DNA of 64,000 bases. It comes from Ramazzottius varieornatus. Lineage: Eukaryota > Animalia > Tardigrada. Positions within the stretch are counted from its first letter, which is position 1. The number at the start of each line of letters is the position of its first letter. Below are positions 58,972 through 64,000 of this stretch, piece by piece. Below the pieces are notes generated by a model, which worked only from the letters and a program-made list of their open reading frames with translations, did no database searches and had not been told where the DNA came from. The position numbers and the translations under genes are program-made. The stretch lies in the NCBI GenBank assembly GCA_001949185.1, contig BDGG01000002.1, positions 248,001 to 312,000 on the forward strand. The letters run 5' to 3'.

Positions 58972-61686
58972 ATGCCAGCCAAGTATGAGCAGGATTCAGC
59001 CACTTGGCTTGAATATTGGGGACCTCGCAACGGCTTCTACAACAGCACCAGTGGCACTTTTGACGTCGGTTGCGTCTCTTGTCGCAACGTCCCGGAAGTG
59101 TGGGTTGCAGCACAGGATAGCGTAAGTTTAAGCACCATGTGTCCGTCAAAAGCTTTAACAAACGTGACCTCACTGCATGATATTGGTGTAAGGGCTGCTC
59201 TTTCTCTAGCCCGAGCCTCCTCTGCTACTGCTCAAGACCTTCAACGAGACCGTGACCAACGCGACTGAGAATGACGGGGCAGGAAACACAAGGCGCCACT
59301 ACTACGGAGGCGTATGGATTCTGACTCTGGAGCGAATATGTCTTTCCATGGCCATCCGGTAATACAGTCAGCCTCTCCCAAAAGTCTATTACGTCAGGCA
59401 AGCAAACTTCTTCAACTTTGCCCGCTGCAATAATATATGTAGAAGCTTGCTTGCCTGTCGTAATTGGCTTTTGGGAGAGGTTGACTGGGCTTCTTCATGA
59501 TATGAATACAGGGCTAATCTAGCGCAAGAGGCCGTCTATTTCAGATGTAAAATTTATCCAGCCGTCGAAGGAGTGTACGACACCAGCGAATTTTCCGACA
59601 GTGCGGTGTTACGGGAAATCGTGGCTGGCAAAGGCGATATCGGCCTATCCCCGCTGGTGGCGACCTCTAGCCGTATCTTCTCCGGCAACCATTCGGTGCT
59701 GCTGTCACCCTTCAACTTGTCCTTCTCCATCATCCTCAATAAAAAGTTTCTGTATCGCGATTACTCTAGTTCAGAGAATATTCTGGACGGTATCTTTCAA
59801 CCTGAGGTCTGGCTACTTCTGATGGTTCTGATTTTGCTGATGACAAGCGTCTTGTACCTCTCCCAAAGACTACGCTTTCGCCTCAGCCGCCAAGTCTTCC
59901 CACCGAGAAGTCTTCCCCTCGACACCTTCATGGGTGTCCTGTCGGGCGACTTCCGTAATTTCTACTTCTTCTCTCCTGAGCCGTGCCGGATATAACCGCT
60001 AATTTGATTCTTACAGAGGACCATCTCATTCGGATCAAGGGAAACCTTCCATCGGGTGCGCTCGTGACAACGATGAGCATTATTTGCGGACTGGTGATTG
60101 TCAGTTACTTCAACGCCATCTTGCCCTACCGCCTCGCCGTGGAAGCGCTGACCAAAGCGCCCTTTTCCACTGTCAAGGATTTCCTGCAGTCGGACTTTAC
60201 GATATACAGCTATTTTTCTGTCAAAGAGTCCTTTTTGGTCTGTGTAAATTTTGCAGGACAGGCAAAATGTTGAATATTTAAGAGGGTCTCTCCTGCAGAA
60301 AGCTTCCAGTCCACATTATCAGCAGCTAGGCGCTCGGATTCAACCTCTGAGCAACGCAGTGAACCATCCAGAGTTTATGGCGCGACCCAACTCTGAACGA
60401 GAAGCCTTCATCGCTTATACTGAAAGTCAAATTGTTTTGACCGACTACACCTGTGACTTTGTGCAGGCCGTCCCAAATGTGCAAGGTTTCTCCAACGGTA
60501 TATTCTGGTTCCGCAAGGGTAGTCCGTACTACCTTACGTTCGCGCTACGGTAAGCACCATGCAGGAACAGCACAAGACGTCATACTACAAGATGGTTATT
60601 TGAAGTTGCGCACCCTTGCAGCTCGTAACAACGCAAACGTGCGCCACTTCGGAAAACAAGCATACTGTCGACGGGAACCCTTTTCCAGATGGCGCACGCT
60701 TCCACTCACTCGAAATGCAAGCGTGCGTAGAGATGGGATAAGTGTGATTTACCGAAATTTACCGAAACTGAATCGAACTTATCGATTTGGTATGAGAAAT
60801 GACCGAAACCGGAATTATCGGTGTGAGTCTCACACCCAAGAACCGATATCGGTGTGCGTTCGCACCAAACCGATACCAAATCGAAATTTTTCGATAAATT
60901 GAAACTTACCGAAAGGCCCAGAAACATGAGGGTTTGACCGATTTCTGAGCGATCCCGAGAAAGTTTTCGGCTTACAGACTGTATCTCTGCTAGCTTGATA
61001 GACAGCCATCCGGTGGAGGAAAACCTCCCAACATCTCAAGACACGCCAAGCGTTGTACGTTTGCGGCTCGCCCCGTTTTGCGCCAGTTTTACCTGGTTTT
61101 CCCTTTAATAAGAGGAACTTTATATTTTTCGGCTTACCGATTTTTCGGTTTGATTTGGTGTGATAAATCGAAATTTCGGTGCAGCAATTTACCAAATCAA
61201 AAATATCGGTGTGTGGACTGCATACTGAAATTTTTGAATCGGTGTGAAAGTTTACCAACTCGGAAAATACCACACCGAACTTAATCACACTTATCCCATC
61301 TCTAAGCGTGCGTCATTTGCGGGACGATCGCATGCGTTTCATTTGTCGGCCTCTCGGACGGAACTCTAATTCGGACTGGTTGCAGGTTTTTGCGTTTGGC
61401 GAATCAAGGTGTGCTGTACAACGACATCAAATACTTTGACCAATACATCCGTGACCATTTGACCGATCAGAATAAAACATATGGTTGCGTCCCTCATCCA
61501 CTATCGACAAAGCTACAATTGCCCTTGGTCCGCCGCGGACTGTCGGTCCAGGACTTGGCTCTTCCCTTCAACGCCATCTTGGCGGTGTCTGCAAGTGCCG
61601 TCCTTTTTATGTTTGGTGAGCTTCTTTACTACAAGTGGTCGTGCCGACGAATTGTCCCAGCCCATTCGTCAACAGAAGAAGACTAA
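58972..61686 (+). CDS. Divergent ionotropic receptor, copy 3 (last intron enlarged by a MITE)
   Basis: TFDVGC, YYGGVW, GDIGLSPLVATSSRI, IFQPEVW, SYFNAILPYRL, APFSTV, LSVQDLALPF. Confidence 0.8.
60580..61330. repeat. N27 element dimer, IR copy 3 intron; second unit split by the hAT MITE
   Basis: Removing the MITE and one TSD restores CAGATGGCGCA-N27-TGCGTCATTTG. Confidence 0.8.
60728..61304. mobile_element. Non-autonomous hAT-type MITE (577 bp)
   Basis: Perfect 22-bp TIR TAGAGATGGGATAAGTGTGATT, perfect 8-bp TSD AGCGTGCG (60720-27, 61305-12), and subterminal ACCGAA/TTCGGT arrays. Confidence 0.95.
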
Positions 61687-62331
61687 TGACATTCGAAGGG
61701 CAGACGTATCGACATGATCAGACCTACAGACGACTTCCGCCTACTCCTTTGAACCGATATCTAATCTTTACCACGACATGTGATGATGAGGCTTAAGAGG
61801 CCCCCTATGCGTCAGAGAGTCTCTGGTCCTCCGGCAGACCTGACCTCCACCTGAGCGAGAGTCGCCTGTGGAAGACAAATGTTCTTAAAATAAAGCTAAA
61901 TCTTTGGCCAAAGGTTCCGCATGCAACTTCCGGAGTTGAGTGTGACCTGTCATGTGGTCGATGATCATTCAATTTCTTGTCATAGTCTAATCGTCCATAC
62001 CGCAGCTGTTGGACCGTTTTATAGGTTAAGGGGATTTATGACGTTTGTCCCTCCCATTTGTGGAAAAACAGATAAATTTCTCGGTATTTGATGGTCCTAC
62101 GAAATGTATAAACCACTGAGGCGCGAGTGCCATAAAGTTTGCCCGCCCGCTATAATCCATATTTCCGCAAAAAATGGAATCATAAATGGTGCCAAACCGG
62201 CCCAACATCTAAATTAACCGTTCGATCGACCCCGGACTTCGATAGCAGACGTAGTCTTAATATAGAAGTATAGCACAGGGAGCATGCAAACACTGGCTTC
62301 TTCCCGCTGAATACGCCAGAGACAGAGCCGA

Positions 62332-64000
62332 TCAGATGGAGCGGAAAGAACCATTGTGGGGCACGAAGACGTCGAGGGAAGTGGCTGAGGGCAAGAGCCT
62401 GACCATAGCACTGGGAGAGCGGGAGGGCGATGGCTGGAGCGAAGGTGCGTACAGCGTCATCTTGCCCTTTGTCTTCTGGCTGAAGTTGCTCAAGGTGATG
62501 GTCCTTCGGGCAGTTGCAGCCCCGTTGACTACGGAGGCTCCACTGCTGCCGTCCAAGCAGCTAAACTTCAGCCGAAGCTGTACGGGTGTCCCCGGCGGTT
62601 GCACAACGTTGCCTTTTCGACAGCAGGACGCTTGCAGCTTCTGCACACTAAGGTTGAACAAGGCATAAATTAGCGGGTTGACACAACTGGAGAACCAGGC
62701 CGCACACTGGGCTAGACTGCCCACAGCGCGAGGAATCTGGTCCTTCATACGATAGTCCGTCCAGACGTTGAGCAGATTGACCGTGAAGTACGGTGTCCAG
62801 CAGATCAAGTGAGCCAGGAGGATACAGACGGTCAGTTGGATCGTTTTGGTCTTGGCTTGGCTTAACATGGTCTTTCTGCTCTTGAGGTGGTTGGAGTTTG
62901 GGCTGGACGCATTGTTTTGGCGGATAATCATCAGCGGAGCAGCGGCATCTCGAGGGTTGGGAGAGGAGGTGCGCCAGACGGCGCGAGCAATCTTGTAGCC
63001 ACAGAGCGTCATGAAGCACAAGGGAGCCACGAAGACGCAGATAGCCAGCCAGGTCACGTTCAGCTTCCTCTGCCAAGACGCTGTGTACCCGTGACTGCGA
63101 CACGCCATGTGCGACTTCCCTTCACCATCCACACCCACTTCCACCTATACAAACGATCCAAGAACCTTACTTCCCCTCATCATGTATTGCGTGATTGATC
63201 ATTGAGGCCAATTCACTTCGATTAGGCTTAGGCGAAATTGGCGCTCGTGACCTTTGAACTGATCGATGATATACCTGTAGGAAAATAAAGAGCTGCGGAA
63301 TGGCCACAAGGGCGGCCAGGAGGAAAGAGACCAGGATCATCTTGCGGCTTCGTTGGACCGAACGCGAGAAGACTAATGGCTTGCAGATGGCTTCATAGCG
63401 GTCAAAACTCATGGAAACCAGGATGAAGGAAGTGCCGACAAACAGAAGACATTGGATGTACGTCGAAAGCTTGCAAACGATATTGCCGTAGGCACCTTGC
63501 CCAATCCACTCCCAAAAGATTTCCGTCGACATACTCAGAACCGCAATCATGATATCACCTGCAATACAAGAAGTCATATAATCAACATTTATGCAAAACT
63601 GGTATGACAATTTATTTAGTGCGTTACTTGCTAGGCCACGGCGAAATTTCGCCGTGACCGGATGGTTTTTCATTGATTACGGATTCGTGAAAGACAGGTT
63701 TCGATGAGACGACTTGGAAATCAGAAACCAAGTTTAAGCCGATTACTGGAAAACTAATCAAAGAGAAAGCTTTTTTTCCAGAGGGATCGATCAGCTTACC
63801 GAGAGCCAGAGAAACGACAAAGATGGAGACAGGACGGCGGCATCCTCCGGAACGCCATATCATCAGCAGGACCATAGTGTTACCGATTAGCGCCACCACC
63901 ATAAAAGTCGACATCAAGACGAGGAACTCCGAAGACTGATGGACATCCAGCACTTTTCCGGAGACCGCTTCCGAAGCGTTTACGGCCGGGCTAGGCTCCA
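62332..64000 (-). CDS. Rhodopsin-class neuropeptide GPCR of the vasopressin/oxytocin/CCAP/GnRH-receptor superfamily (5' end outside window)
   Basis: TM1 GN, TM2 SLA(L)GD, CK..YIQ...SMSFDRYEAICKPL, AIPQLFIF, KTIQLT..CWTPYF, SSCVNPLIY. Confidence 0.88.

Noticed and set aside
2531-61330. N27 element as a CRISPR array
   Set aside because: The context is eukaryotic, there are at most 3 units per cluster, the spacers derive from one common consensus, and there are no cas genes.
4133-64000. Functional 'sensory gene cluster' (TRPM, Slo, IRs, GPCR)
   Set aside because: These genes are interspersed with housekeeping genes, and tandem duplication plus large family sizes explain the co-occurrence.

Overview
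Compact, intron-rich animal genomic DNA with short GT-AG introns. My inference is an ecdysozoan, and the gene content and compactness fit a tardigrade such as Ramazzottius, but I cannot prove this. Gene order: a secreted cadherin-like/Gly-Tyr-rich protein (3' end outside the window); TRPM2-like channel A, with a Tc1 element in one intron; GINS2/Psf2; TRPM2-like channel B; a Myb/SANT-like protein; a highly aberrant Slo/BK-family channel; a secreted Gly/Tyr-rich protein; Nup155; V-ATPase F; MED10; TDG; a decayed hAT transposon; an SGNH-fold protein; three tandem divergent ionotropic receptors; and a vasopressin/CCAP-type GPCR (5' end outside the window). There are several MITEs and one 139-N gap. 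The most striking unexplained signal is a dispersed palindromic element, AAGTGGCGCA-N27-TGCGCCACTT. It occurs in about 24 clusters (about 40 units), almost all in introns. Its spacer length is nearly invariant (31 of 37 units counted by hand are exactly 27 nt) although the spacer sequence is heavily diverged. Other highlights are a BK-like channel with filter TLGSAD instead of TVGYGD, and two TRPM2-like proteins whose NUDT9-H Nudix box is degenerate. All gene models were assembled by eye.
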